In this document: positions 23,966 to 35,000 of the stretch, piece by piece
Position numbering within the stretch: the first letter of the stretch is position 1
Layout of the letters: each line of letters opens with the position of its first letter
Source: Malacoraja senta
Taxonomy: Eukaryota
Direction of reading: 5' to 3'
Assembly: GCA_038087875.1 (NCBI GenBank)
Contig: JAXLNO010000655.1
Coordinates: forward strand, 1 to 64,000
DNA: 64,000 nucleotides
Program-made: the position numbers and the translations under genes
The notes under the pieces: generated by a model
What the model saw: only the letters and a program-made list of their open reading frames with translations
Databases searched by the model: none
Told to the model about the DNA's origin: nothing

Positions 23966-26900
23966 ATGGAATTTAAGGTGGAAGAGTTTGTTGAGACTCC
24001 TAGCCTAGAGATGTTTCATCAATGTACTAAGGCAAATTTAGTGTTGCTTGCAGATAAATATGGCGTTTCTATTAATAAACAGGCAAACAAACAGTCAATT
24101 AAGACGTTGTTATGGACTGCTTTGGTTGACCAAGAGGTGTTGCCTAGTAGTTCTGACAGTCATAAATCTATACAGCCAGGTCAGGACATGGAGGCAGTCA
24201 TTAGGTTGAAGGAGATGGAGCTTGAGTCACAGAGAATGGCCTTAAAAAAGGATGAGCTCATGCATGTTCTTGAAATGAAACGGCTTGAGCTGGAGGAGGA
24301 AACCAAAAGGGCAGAGATTAGGCTGCGGGAGAAGGAATTGGATGCCTCCCGGGTTCCTTCTAGGGAACGGGAGTTTGATATGAGCAAGAACATCCGCCTG
24401 GTTCCCCCCTTTAGTGAGAAGGATGTGGACAAGTTTTTCACAGTGTTTGAACGGGTGGCTTTGTCCTTGAAGTGGCCTAGGGACGTGTGGACCTTGCTAT
24501 TGCAGTGTGTCCTTGTGGGTAAAGCACGGGAGGTGTACTCGTCTTTGTCTGTTGAAAGCAGTCTGGACTATGACTGTGTGAAGTCTTCAGTATTAAGGGC
24601 TTATGAATTAGTTCAGAGGTGTACCGGCAGAAATTCCGTCGCTTTAGGAAGTTTGATATTTAGGAAGGTCAGTATTGATGTGGATAGAGAACTGGCTGGC
24701 AAACAGGAAGCAAAGAGTAGGAGTAAATGGGTCCTTTTCACAATGGCAGGCAGTGACTAGTGGGGTACCGCAAGGCTCAGTGCTGGGACCCCAGCTATTT
24801 TCAATATATATTAATGATCTGGATGAGGGAATTGAAGGCAATATCTCCAAGTTTGCAGATGACACTAAGCTGGGGGGGCAGTGTTAGCTGTGAGGAGGAT
24901 GCTAGGAGACTGCAAGGTGACTTGGATAGGCTGGGTGAGTGGGCAAATGTTTGGCAGATGCAGTATAATGTGGATAAATGTGAGGTATCCATTTTGGTGG
25001 CAAAAACAGGAAAGCAGACTATTATCTAAATGGTGGCCGACTAGGAAAAGGGGAGATGCAGCGAGACCTGGGTGTCATGGTACACCAGTCATTGAAAGTA
25101 GGCATGCAGCTGCAGCAGGCAGTGAAGAAAGCGAATGGTATGTTAGCTTTCATAGCAAAAGGATTTGAGTATAGGAGCAGGGAGGTTCTACTGCAGTTGT
25201 ACAGGGTCTTGGTGAGACCACACCTAGAGTATTACGTACAGTTTTGGTCTCCAAATCTGAGGAAGGACATTATTGCCATAGAGGGAGTGCAGAGAAGGTT
25301 CACCAGACTGATTCCTGGGATGTCAGGACTGTCTTATGAAGAAAGACTGGATAGACTTGGTTTATACTCTCTAGAATTTAGGAGATTGAGAGGGGATCCT
25401 ATAGAAACTTACAAAATTCTTAAGCGGTTGGACAGGCTAGATGCAGGAAGATTGCTCCCGATGTTGGGGAAGTCCAGGACAAGGGGTCACAGCTTAAGGA
25501 TAAGGGGGAAATCCTTTAAAACCGAGATGAGAAGAACTTTTTTCACACAGAGAGTGGTGAATCTCTGGAACTCTCTGCCACAGAGGGTAGTCGAGGCCAG
25601 TTCATTGGCTATATTTAAGAGGGAGTTAGATGTGGCCCTTGTGGCTAAAGGGATCAGAGGGTATGGAGAGAAGGCAGGTACGGGATACTGAGTTGGATGA
25701 TCAGCCATGATCATATTGAATGGCGATGCAGGCTCGAAGGGCCGAATGGCCTACTCCTGCACCTAATTTCTATGTTTCTATGTTTCTATGTTTCTATGAT
25801 AGTCAGACTTATGTGGAGTTTGCTAGGGAGAAGGAGGCACTTTTTGACAGGTGGTGCGCTTCTCAAGGAGTGAAGGATATTGGGCAACTGCGGGCCTTGA
25901 TGATTATGGAAGACTTTAAGAATTGTCTCCCTGAGAGGGTTACTACTTACCTTAATGAGCAGAAGGTGAATGAGGTGTCTAAGGCCGCGGTGTTGGCAGA
26001 TGAGTATGTAGTGACTCATAAAACTGATTTTGTTGGGCGATCCTATAGTTTTGGTGCACGGCTGGTTGATCGTGGTGGTGTCGCCGGTGGCAGTGTCAAA
26101 GGTGTTTCTGTGCCTGCAAGTGGCAGCACGTTGATACAGGGGGAGGTCAGAGCTGATAAGGTTGACGGAAATTGGAGGACTAACGAAGGTCCTGTGTGCT
26201 ACTATTGTAGAGGGAGAGGGCACATGTTAATGGCGTGTCCCGTTCTGAAGCAGAAAAATGCAAAGCCTGTGGCTTTGGTGGGTACACAGAAGGCACCTGT
26301 GGTACCTGGGGTGCCTGAGTCTGATGAGTGTAGGAATTATTCTGCGTTCATCATGAATGATTTTGTTTCTCTGGAGGATGGGGGCGATAGAGTTCCAGTA
26401 TCCATCTTGCGTGATACTGGTGCTACTCAGTCCTTTATATTGGAGAGTGTACTGCCGTTTTCAGGTGAATCATCAGTTGGGTCAAGTGTCCCTGTGGTAG
26501 GATTCGGGATGGATGACATGGTAGTGCCTTTGCATACCGTGAGTCTCGAGTCCGAGTTGGTTTCAGGCCGGGTAACTGCTGGGTTACGGCCGTGTTTTCC
26601 TGTTGGGGGAGTTTCAGTAATTTTGGGGAATGACTTGGCAGGAGGTAGAGTTTTAGTTACTCCTGAGGTGACGGCTGTTCCGATGGTGCAGATTCCTGAT
26701 AGATTGGCTATGCAGCATCCGAGGGTCTTCGCAGCTTGTGCTGTCACGAGGGCTATGGCTAAGAGCCAGGCAAAGTTTGAGGATGTAGTGGACCTGAGTG
26801 AGAGCATTTTTGGGGATCAGGATGATGGATCCTGTGTTGTGAAGGGTGTTTCTTCATCTCAAGATGGGATAGTGTCTGAAAATGGGCCGGTGTCGCTGTC

Positions 26901-26997
26901 ACGTGACCGGCTGGTGGAGGAGCAAAAGTGTGATCCAGGTTTATCTGATCTGTTCGACTGCGCGGTGCCTGAGGGGGATATGGATTCCACAGCATAG
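23966..26997 (+). pseudogene. Gmr1 gag-protease, disrupted by a frameshift (about 24613) and a CR1 insertion
   Basis: VPPFSEKDVDKFF...FER...WP. SCAN-like capsid C-terminal part (FDRWC...EDFKNCLP...AAVLADEY), CCHC knuckle CYYCRGRGHMLMAC, and protease LRDTGA. Confidence 0.9.
24659..25796 (+). mobile_element. 5'-truncated CR1 inserted in gag (same family as 9455-10758)
   Basis: RT C-terminal motifs and (TTTCTATG)n tail. TGATA is duplicated at 24654-24658 and 25797-25801; removing the insert restores ...RKFDSQTYVEF. Confidence 0.93.
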
Positions 26998-27042
26998 GGG
27001 TATTTTCTAAGGGAGGGCTTACTGAATCAAAAGTGGTCTCCC

Positions 27043-29736
27043 TTGGATATATCTGGGCATGATGAATGGAGCGTGGTTGATCAGATTGTGATACCTCGTC
27101 GGTATAGGGACGAGATACCCAGTTTGGTTCATGATGGTCCTCTGGGTGGACATTTGGGGGTCAATAAGACGTATGACCGTATCTTATGGAATTTTTTTTG
27201 GCCAGGGTTGAAAAGGGACGTGAAACAGCAGTGCAGGTGTTGTCACATTTGCCAGGTGGCAGGAAAGCCGAACCAATCGATTGTTCCTGCGCCTTTATAT
27301 CCAATCCCTGTGGTCGGTGAGCCGTTTGAGCGGATTCTAGTTGATTGTGTGGGTCCTCTACCTCGGACAAAGGTGGGCAACAAGTTTGTATTGACAATTA
27401 TGTGTGCGTCTACCCGCTTTCCGGAGGTGGTCCCTTTGCGTAAAATTACTGCCCCTACCATTGTGAAGTCTCTCACTAAGTTTTTTTCGTTGTTCGGTTT
27501 GCCCAAGGTGGTGCAGAGTGACCAAGGTTCCAACTTCATGTCGAAAGTTTTTGGTCAGGTAATGAAGTGGTTAGATATAAAGCATTGTTACTCCAGTGCG
27601 TATCACCCTGAGAGCCTGGGAGCTCTCGAGAGGTTTCACCAGACTTTGAAATCGATGTTGAGGACTTACTGCCTGGAGTTTGGAAAAGACTGGGATGAGG
27701 GGGTTCATCTAGTTATGTTTGCGATGCGTGAGGTCGTGCAGGAGTCTTTAGGGTTCAGTCCTGCTGACCTGGTGTTCGCGCATACCGTACGTGGTCCGTT
27801 GAGGGTCCTAAAGGAGAAATGGTTGCAGGAGGATACAAAACGAAGTATTTTAGAACACGTCTGTACCTTTCGGTCTAGACTGAAGAGGGCATGCGAACTG
27901 GCAATGGATAATATTGCTTCTGCTCAGTCTAGGATGAAGGGGTGGTTCAACAGGAAGGCTTCTAGTAGGAATTTTTCTCCAGGTGACAAGGTCCTGGTGC
28001 TGTTGCCTATTCCTGGTTCCAGTCTACAGGCTCGGTATAGCGGTCCCTATCAGGTGGTTAAGAAGGTTGGTGAAAGGGATTATGTTATTGGTACCCCTGA
28101 TCGAAGGCGAAAGACTCAGCTCTGTCATGTCAACATGATGAAGCAGTACCATGAGCAGGAGCCTGTGGAGGTGGATAGGGAGGTGCTGTGTCCTTCGGTT
28201 TCGTCTAAGCCTGTTTTGGCTGCAGTGGTGCTGCCCCCTGACACGGGTGGTGATGTGGGTGAGGCACGGTTGTCGGTGGCAGTGATGCAGGGAAGGCTGT
28301 GTAACTCTGAGGCTTTGGAGTCGCTTCCCTTGTGGCTGTCGCATTTGACTGAAAGTCAGCGGGGTGATCTGCTTGATTTGGTGAAGTCAAATGGGTCACT
28401 GTTCTCGGATGTGCCTTCTCAGATGTCTGTGCTGCAACATGACATTGACGTGGCCGGTGCTGCGCCAATTAAACAGCATCCGTATCGGGTCAACCCTGAC
28501 AGGCATCATCGTCTAGGGAGTCAGGTTGAATATATGCTGCGGCATGGCATAGCTGAACCTAGTTGTAGTCCGTGGAGTTCTCCCTGTCTACTGGCTACGA
28601 AGGCTAATGGGGAGGACAGGTTTTGCACGGACTTTCGGAAAATCAATAGCGTAACTAAGCCGGATTGCTATCCTCTCCCACGAATGGAGGATTGTGTGGA
28701 TCGTGTGGGAAGTGCATCTTTTGTGTCTAAATTGGACTTGTTAAAAGGGTATTGGCAAGTTCCCTTGACTGAGCGGGCGAGGGAGATCTCTGCGTTCGCT
28801 ACGCCTGATAACTTTTTGCAGTACAGAGTAATGGCATTTGGGATGCGCAATGCGCCGGCAACCTTCCAACGGTTGGTGAACATTGTATTGTCTGGTTTGT
28901 CCTTCTGTGAGGCATACCTTGATGATTTGGTTGTGTGCTCCAGGTCGTGGATCGAACACATCGTTCATCTGAAGGAGGTATTTCATCGTCTAGCGGAGGC
29001 AAAGCTAACTATCAATCTGGGGAAGTGTGAGTTTGGCCAGGCCACGGTAACCTATCTGGGTAAGGTGGTGGGCCGGGGTCAGGTTCGCACTCTCAAGGAA
29101 AAGGTGGAGCATATTGTCGCATTTCCTGCTCCAACCTCGAGGACTGAACTCCGTAGGTATCTGGCTATGGTTGGGTACTATAGGGGATTCTGTCCAAACT
29201 TCTCTGTGGTGGCTGCCCCTTTGACGGATTTGCTGAGTCCGAAGGTAGCTTTTGTGTGGTCCGCAGAGTGTCAACAAGCCTTTGAACATACTAAAAGTCT
29301 TCTGGTGCGCGCACCTGTGCTTGCGGCACCTGATTTTGAGCGTGCATTTAAGCTGGCAGTGGATGCTAGTGATCGTGGGGTTGGGGGAGTTCTTCTACGG
29401 GATGATTCAGATGGGGTGGAGCATCCAGTTTCGTACTTCTCTAAGAAGTTTAATCGACATCAGAAGTGGTACTCCACCATTGAGAAAGAGGCCCTTGCTA
29501 TGTTGATGTCTCTGAGTCATTTCGAGGTTTATGTTGGCTCCTCGAATGTCCCTGTCATCGTACTCACGGATCATAATCCGTTGGTATTTTTGCATAATAT
29601 GAAGAATAAGAACCGGCGGTTAATGAGCTGGAGTTTGCAGCTGCAACACTACAACCTGGAGGTCAGGCATATCCGTGGCAAGGATAATGTCTTGGCTGAC
29701 GCCTTGTCGCGCCAGTGGAGTTTAGCTCCTGAATAG
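27043..29736 (+). CDS. Gmr1 pol remainder: integrase (HHCC, DDE, GPY), RT and RNase H
   Basis: HDGPLGGH...CHIC, LVDCVGP, QSDQGSNF, ERFHQTLK, SGPYQV, then DLLKGYWQ, YLDD, DAS, EKEALA, TDH, ADALSR. In frame with the upstream PR ORF across a single TAG (26995-26997). Confidence 0.93.
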   Translation: MDISGHDEWSVVDQIVIPRRYRDEIPSLVHDGPLGGHLGVNKTYDRILWNFFWPGLKRDVKQQCRCCHICQVAGKPNQSIVPAPLYPIPVVGEPFERILVDCVGPLPRTKVGNKFVLTIMCASTRFPEVVPLRKITAPTIVKSLTKFFSLFGLPKVVQSDQGSNFMSKVFGQVMKWLDIKHCYSSAYHPESLGALERFHQTLKSMLRTYCLEFGKDWDEGVHLVMFAMREVVQESLGFSPADLVFAHTVRGPLRVLKEKWLQEDTKRSILEHVCTFRSRLKRACELAMDNIASAQSRMKGWFNRKASSRNFSPGDKVLVLLPIPGSSLQARYSGPYQVVKKVGERDYVIGTPDRRRKTQLCHVNMMKQYHEQEPVEVDREVLCPSVSSKPVLAAVVLPPDTGGDVGEARLSVAVMQGRLCNSEALESLPLWLSHLTESQRGDLLDLVKSNGSLFSDVPSQMSVLQHDIDVAGAAPIKQHPYRVNPDRHHRLGSQVEYMLRHGIAEPSCSPWSSPCLLATKANGEDRFCTDFRKINSVTKPDCYPLPRMEDCVDRVGSASFVSKLDLLKGYWQVPLTERAREISAFATPDNFLQYRVMAFGMRNAPATFQRLVNIVLSGLSFCEAYLDDLVVCSRSWIEHIVHLKEVFHRLAEAKLTINLGKCEFGQATVTYLGKVVGRGQVRTLKEKVEHIVAFPAPTSRTELRRYLAMVGYYRGFCPNFSVVAAPLTDLLSPKVAFVWSAECQQAFEHTKSLLVRAPVLAAPDFERAFKLAVDASDRGVGGVLLRDDSDGVEHPVSYFSKKFNRHQKWYSTIEKEALAMLMSLSHFEVYVGSSNVPVIVLTDHNPLVFLHNMKNKNRRLMSWSLQLQHYNLEVRHIRGKDNVLADALSRQWSLAPE

Positions 29737-29795
29737 TTTCTGGGATTTGGTGGTGTTTTATTCCTCTCTTCTTCCGAACCTTATTCAGTATCTTT

Positions 29796-29804
29796 GGGTG
29801 GGGG
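29796..29804 (+). promoter_or_regulatory. Polypurine-tract-like plus-strand primer site
   Basis: GGGTGGGGG immediately before the 3' LTR, also before the duplicated LTRs. Confidence 0.7.
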
Positions 29805-32011
29805 TGTTAGGCGCTTTCCCTCCCTGGTGAATGCTATGTACTGACCTTTCTCTGTTTCTTTCCCGAGTACAGGCCTTGTGGATGTGAGTCGGGAATCAAA
29901 GGGTTAAAATGCTCCTGTACCCGATTGGCCAAGCTGCGTCAGGTGACGGGTGACTCATCTGAAGCTTAAATACCAGAGTCTACCCAGGATTCTCTCTCTT
30001 CGTCGTCGACCCTGACTGCAAGCTGACTGCTGGAGTGAGCTGCAGAAGGCCTGGCCACATGGCATAGAACTTTGTGTACTTTCACGATTACTGATTAACA
30101 AATGTTGCATTGGGACGGATAAGGGCTGACCTTAGAGTTTTCGGTATTTTGTTTCAGGGTTATATATATCTTTAGGTAGGTTAGAGACTCCGGTTCGACG
30201 GTCCATCACGTGGCTGGCTGGAGCATGGTTAAATTGTTTGTTAGTCCATCCCTATCCCTGACTGGGTTGTTTGAATCAGGTTTGGGTTTTTTGTGACCCA
30301 TTGAAATAATTAAAAACTATTTTTGAACTTAAACCTGGTTTTTGAACTTATGTTACGCGGCTCTGAAGTACCTGCATTCGGGAGTCGTAACAATGGGTAT
30401 ATGGACGGGAAAGGAATGGAGGGATATGGTCTGAGTGCAGGTAGATGGGACTAGGGGGGAGGAAGAAGGGGAAAAAAAATGTTCGGCACGGACTTGAAGG
30501 GCCGAGATTGCCTGTTTCCGTGCTGTAATGGTTATATGGTTATATGGAAATAGGTACTGATTTTAGATGAACAGCAATGATTATATTGAATGGCAGTGCT
30601 GGCTTGAAGGGCTGAATGGCCTATACATGCACATATTTTCTATGTTTCTTCGCTTGAGTATATGGCAATAAAACTCGACCACTTGATTTTGAAGCATTCA
30701 TGCATGGTGAAGGTGTAATGTAGTCACAGAGTGATACAGTGTGAAAAAAGGCCCTTCGGCCCAATTTGCCCACACCCGCCAACATGTTCCAGCTACACTA
30801 CCTGCTTTTGGTCTATATGCCCCCAAACCTGTCCTATGCATGTATCAGTCTAACTGTTTCTTAAATGTTGGGATAGTCCCTGCCTCAACTACCTCTTCTG
30901 GCAGCTTGTTCCATACACCCACCACCCTTTGGGTGGAAAAAGTTACCTCAAAAATACTTAATACAAAAAACATTAAAATCATACTTTTACAATGCACTAA
31001 AACATGATTTTTTAATTTATTTTATATTTTAATTTTTAATTTTATTAGAAGTAAGTACAGTAATATGGCACCAAGGTGCCTAATATATATTGGCATGTAA
31101 CATTTTATGTACAGATCCTTATTTTTTTTAAAATAATAAAAGAGAGAGAGAGAGAATAGATAATAAAAAACAGAAAAACGTGTGATGTATGGTGTGTGAA
31201 AAGGAAAAGGGGGGAAAGAGGGACAGTGGAAAAAAATGAGAGAGAAAGAGAAAGAGTAGAGAGTAGGAGATTATAGGAGATAGTTATTTATATTCTTGAC
31301 CATCCTTCACCCAGTCCTGAAACAGTTGGTTTCTACGATTTTGTTGCACCATATGCTTCCTAGAAATCGATAAATGGAGACCAACTCGTTAAGAATTGGT
31401 CTGGTTTTTCTGTTAGGAGGAATCGCATTTCTTCAAGATGTGCGGTGTCCAACATGTTTGAAATCCACATTTTAAGCGTTGGTATGGGTGTATTTTTCCA
31501 AAATTGAAGTATGTTTTTTTGCCATTATTAACCCATAATTTAAAAATGAATTTTGAGATGAGTTCAATTTGTTCCCATCTTCCGTTACTCCACGTATAAT
31601 CATTTCAGTGTTAGGCTCCATTTTTATCATGAATAAATTTGTAACTATTTCAAAGATATCGCCAGGGAGCTCTCGAGAGGTTTCACCAGACTTTGAAATC
31701 GATGTTGAGGACTTACTGCCTGGAGTTTGAAAAAGACTGGGATGAAGGGGTTCATCTAGTTATGTTTGCGATGCGTGAGGTCGTGCAGGAGTCTTTAGGG
31801 TTCAGTCCTGCTGACCTGGTGTTCGCGCATACCGTACGTGGTCCGTTGAGGGTCCTAAAGGAGAAATGGTTGCAGGAGGATACAAAACGTAGTATTTTAG
31901 ACCACGTCTGTACCTTTCGGTCTAGACTGAAGAGGGCATGCAAACTGGTATTGGGTAATCTTGCTTCTACTCAGTCTAGGATGAAGGGGTGGTTCTGAAG
32001 CAGAAAAATGC

Positions 32012-35000
32012 GTCCCGTTCTGAAGCAGAAAAATGCAAAGCCTGTGGCTTTGGTGGGTACACAGAAGGCACCTGTGGTACCTGGGGTGCCTGAGTCTGAT
32101 GAGTGTAGGAATTATTCTGCGTTCATCATGAATGATTTTGTTTCTCTGGAGGATGGGGGCGATAGAGTTCCAGTATCCATCTTGCGTGATACTGGTGCTA
32201 CTCAGTCCTTTATATTGGAGAGTGTACTGCCGTTTTCAGGTGAATCATCAGTTGGGTCAAGTGTCCCTGTGGTAGGATTCGGGATGGATGACATGGTAGT
32301 GCCTTTGCATACCGTGAGTCTCGAGTCCGAGTTGGTTTCAGGCCGGGTAACTGCTGGGTTACGGCCGTGTTTTCCTGTTGGGGGAGTTTCAGTAATTTTG
32401 GGGAATGACTTGGCAGGAGGTAGAGTTTTAGTTACTCCTGAGGTGACGGCTGTTCCGATGGTGCAGATTCCTGATAGATTGGCTATGCAGCATCCGAGGG
32501 TCTTCGCAGCTTGTGCTGTCACGAGGGCTATGGCTAAGAGCCAGGCAAAGTTTGAGGATGTAGTGGACCTGAGTGAGAGCATTTTTGGGGATCAGGATGA
32601 TGGATCCTGTGTTGTGAAGGGTGTTTCTTCATCTCAAGATGGGATAGTGTCTGAAAATGGGCCGGTGTCGCTGTCACGTGACCGGCTGGTGGAGGAGCAA
32701 AAGTGTGATCCAGGTTTATCTGATCTGTTCGACTGCGCGGTGCCTGAGGGGGATATGGATTCCACAGCATAGGGGTATTTTCTAAGGGAGGGCTTACTGA
32801 ATCAAAAGTGGTCTCCCTTGGATATATCTGGGCATGATGAATGGAGCGTGGTTGATCAGATTGTGATACCTCGTCGGTATAGGGACGAGATACCCAGTTT
32901 GGTTCATGATGGTCCTCTGGGTGGACATTTGGGGGTCAATAAGACGTATGACCGTATCTTATGGAATTTTTTTTGGCCAGGGTTGAAAAGGGACGTGAAA
33001 CAGCAGTGCAGGTGTTGTCACATTTGCCAGGTGGCAGGAAAGCCGAACCAATCGATTGTTCCTGCGCCTTTATATCCAATCCCTGTGGTCGGTGAGCCGT
33101 TTGAGCGGATTCTAGTTGATTGTGTGGGTCCTCTACCTCGGACAAAGGTGGGCAACAAGTTTGTATTGACAATTATGTGTGCGTCTACCCGCTTTCCGGA
33201 GGTGGTCCCTTTGCGTAAAATTACTGCCCCTACCATTGTGAAGTCTCTCACTAAGTTTTTTTCGTTGTTCGGTTTGCCCAAGGTGGTGCAGAGTGACCAA
33301 GGTTCCAACTTCATGTCGAAAGTTTTTGGTCAGGTAATGAAGTGGTTAGATATAAAGCATTGTTACTCCAGTGCGTATCACCCTGAGAGCCTGGGAGCTC
33401 TCGAGAGGTTTCACCAGACTTTGAAATCGATGTTGAGGACTTACTGCCTGGAGTTTGGAAAAGACTGGGATGAGGGGGTTCATCTAGTTATGTTTGCGAT
33501 GCGTGAGGTCGTGCAGGAGTCTTTAGGGTTCAGTCCTGCTGACCTGGTGTTCGCGCATACCGTACGTGGTCCGTTGAGGGTCCTAAAGGAGAAATGGTTG
33601 CAGGAGGATACAAAACGAAGTATTTTAGAACACGTCTGTACCTTTCGGTCTAGACTGAAGAGGGCATGCGAACTGGCAATGGATAATATTGCTTCTGCTC
33701 AGTCTAGGATGAAGGGGTGGTTCAACAGGAAGGCTTCTAGTAGGAATTTTTCTCCAGGTGACAAGGTCCTGGTGCTGTTGCCTATTCCTGGTTCCAGTCT
33801 ACAGGCTCGGTATAGCGGTCCCTATCAGGTGGTTAAGAAGGTTGGTGAAAGGGATTATGTTATTGGTACCCCTGATCGAAGGCGAAAGACTCAGCTCTGT
33901 CATGTCAACATGATGAAGCAGTACCATGAGCAGGAGCCTGTGGAGGTGGATAGGGAGGTGCTGTGTCCTTCGGTTTCGTCTAAGCCTGTTTTGGCTGCAG
34001 TGGTGCTGCCCCCTGACACGGGTGGTGATGTGGGTGAGGCACGGTTGTCGGTGGCAGTGATGCAGGGAAGGCTGTGTAACTCTGAGGCTTTGGAGTCGCT
34101 TCCCTTGTGGCTGTCGCATTTGACTGAAAGTCAGCGGGGTGATCTGCTTGATTTGGTGAAGTCAAATGGGTCACTGTTCTCGGATGTGCCTTCTCAGATG
34201 TCTGTGCTGCAACATGACATTGACGTGGCCGGTGCTGCGCCAATTAAACAGCATCCGTATCGGGTCAACCCTGACAGGCATCATCGTCTAGGGAGTCAGG
34301 TTGAATATATGCTGCGGCATGGCATAGCTGAACCTAGTTGTAGTCCGTGGAGTTCTCCCTGTCTACTGGCTACGAAGGCTAATGGGGAGGACAGGTTTTG
34401 CACGGACTTTCGGAAAATCAATAGCGTAACTAAGCCGGATTGCTATCCTCTCCCACGAATGGAGGATTGTGTGGATCGTGTGGGAAGTGCATCTTTTGTG
34501 TCTAAATTGGACTTGTTAAAAGGGTATTGGCAAGTTCCCTTGACTGAGCGGGCGAGGGAGATCTCTGCGTTCGCTACGCCTGATAACTTTTTGCAGTACA
34601 GAGTAATGGCATTTGGGATGCGCAATGCGCCGGCAACCTTCCAACGGTTGGTGAACATTGTATTGTCTGGTTTGTCCTTCTGTGAGGCATACCTTGATGA
34701 TTTGGTTGTGTGCTCCAGGTCGTGGATCGAACACATCGTTCATCTGAAGGAGGTATTTCATCGTCTAGCGGAGGCAAAGCTAACTATCAATCTGGGGAAG
34801 TGTGAGTTTGGCCAGGCCACGGTAACCTATCTGGGTAAGGTGGTGGGCCGGGGTCAGGTTCGCACTCTCAAGGAAAAGGTGGAGCATATTGTCGCATTTC
34901 CTGCTCCAACCTCGAGGACTGAACTCCGTAGGTATCTGGCTATGGTTGGGTACTATAGGGGATTCTGTCCAAACTTCTCTGTGGTGGCTGCCCCTTTGAC

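Larger units (their letters stand above)
23204..30392 (+). mobile_element. Gmr1-type Ty3/gypsy LTR retrotransposon (gag-PR-IN-RT-RH)
   Basis: LTRs TGTTA...TAACA at 23204-23792 and 29805-30392. TSD ATGGG at 23199-23203 and 30393-30397. PBS and PPT present. Integrase lies upstream of a gypsy-type RT. Confidence 0.95.
18770..30547 (+). mobile_element. Near-full-length CR1 LINE interrupted by the LTR element at 23204-30392
   Basis: 5' UTR tandem repeats, ORF1 and ORF2 (APE+RT). The 3' end resumes at 30398 (TATATGGACGGGAAAGG) and ends in (GGTTATAT)n. Confidence 0.92.

Noticed and set aside
27161..29595. Many short antisense and alternate-frame ORFs within pol (and its duplicates)
   Set aside because: Shadow ORFs; they recur only because the DNA is duplicated.
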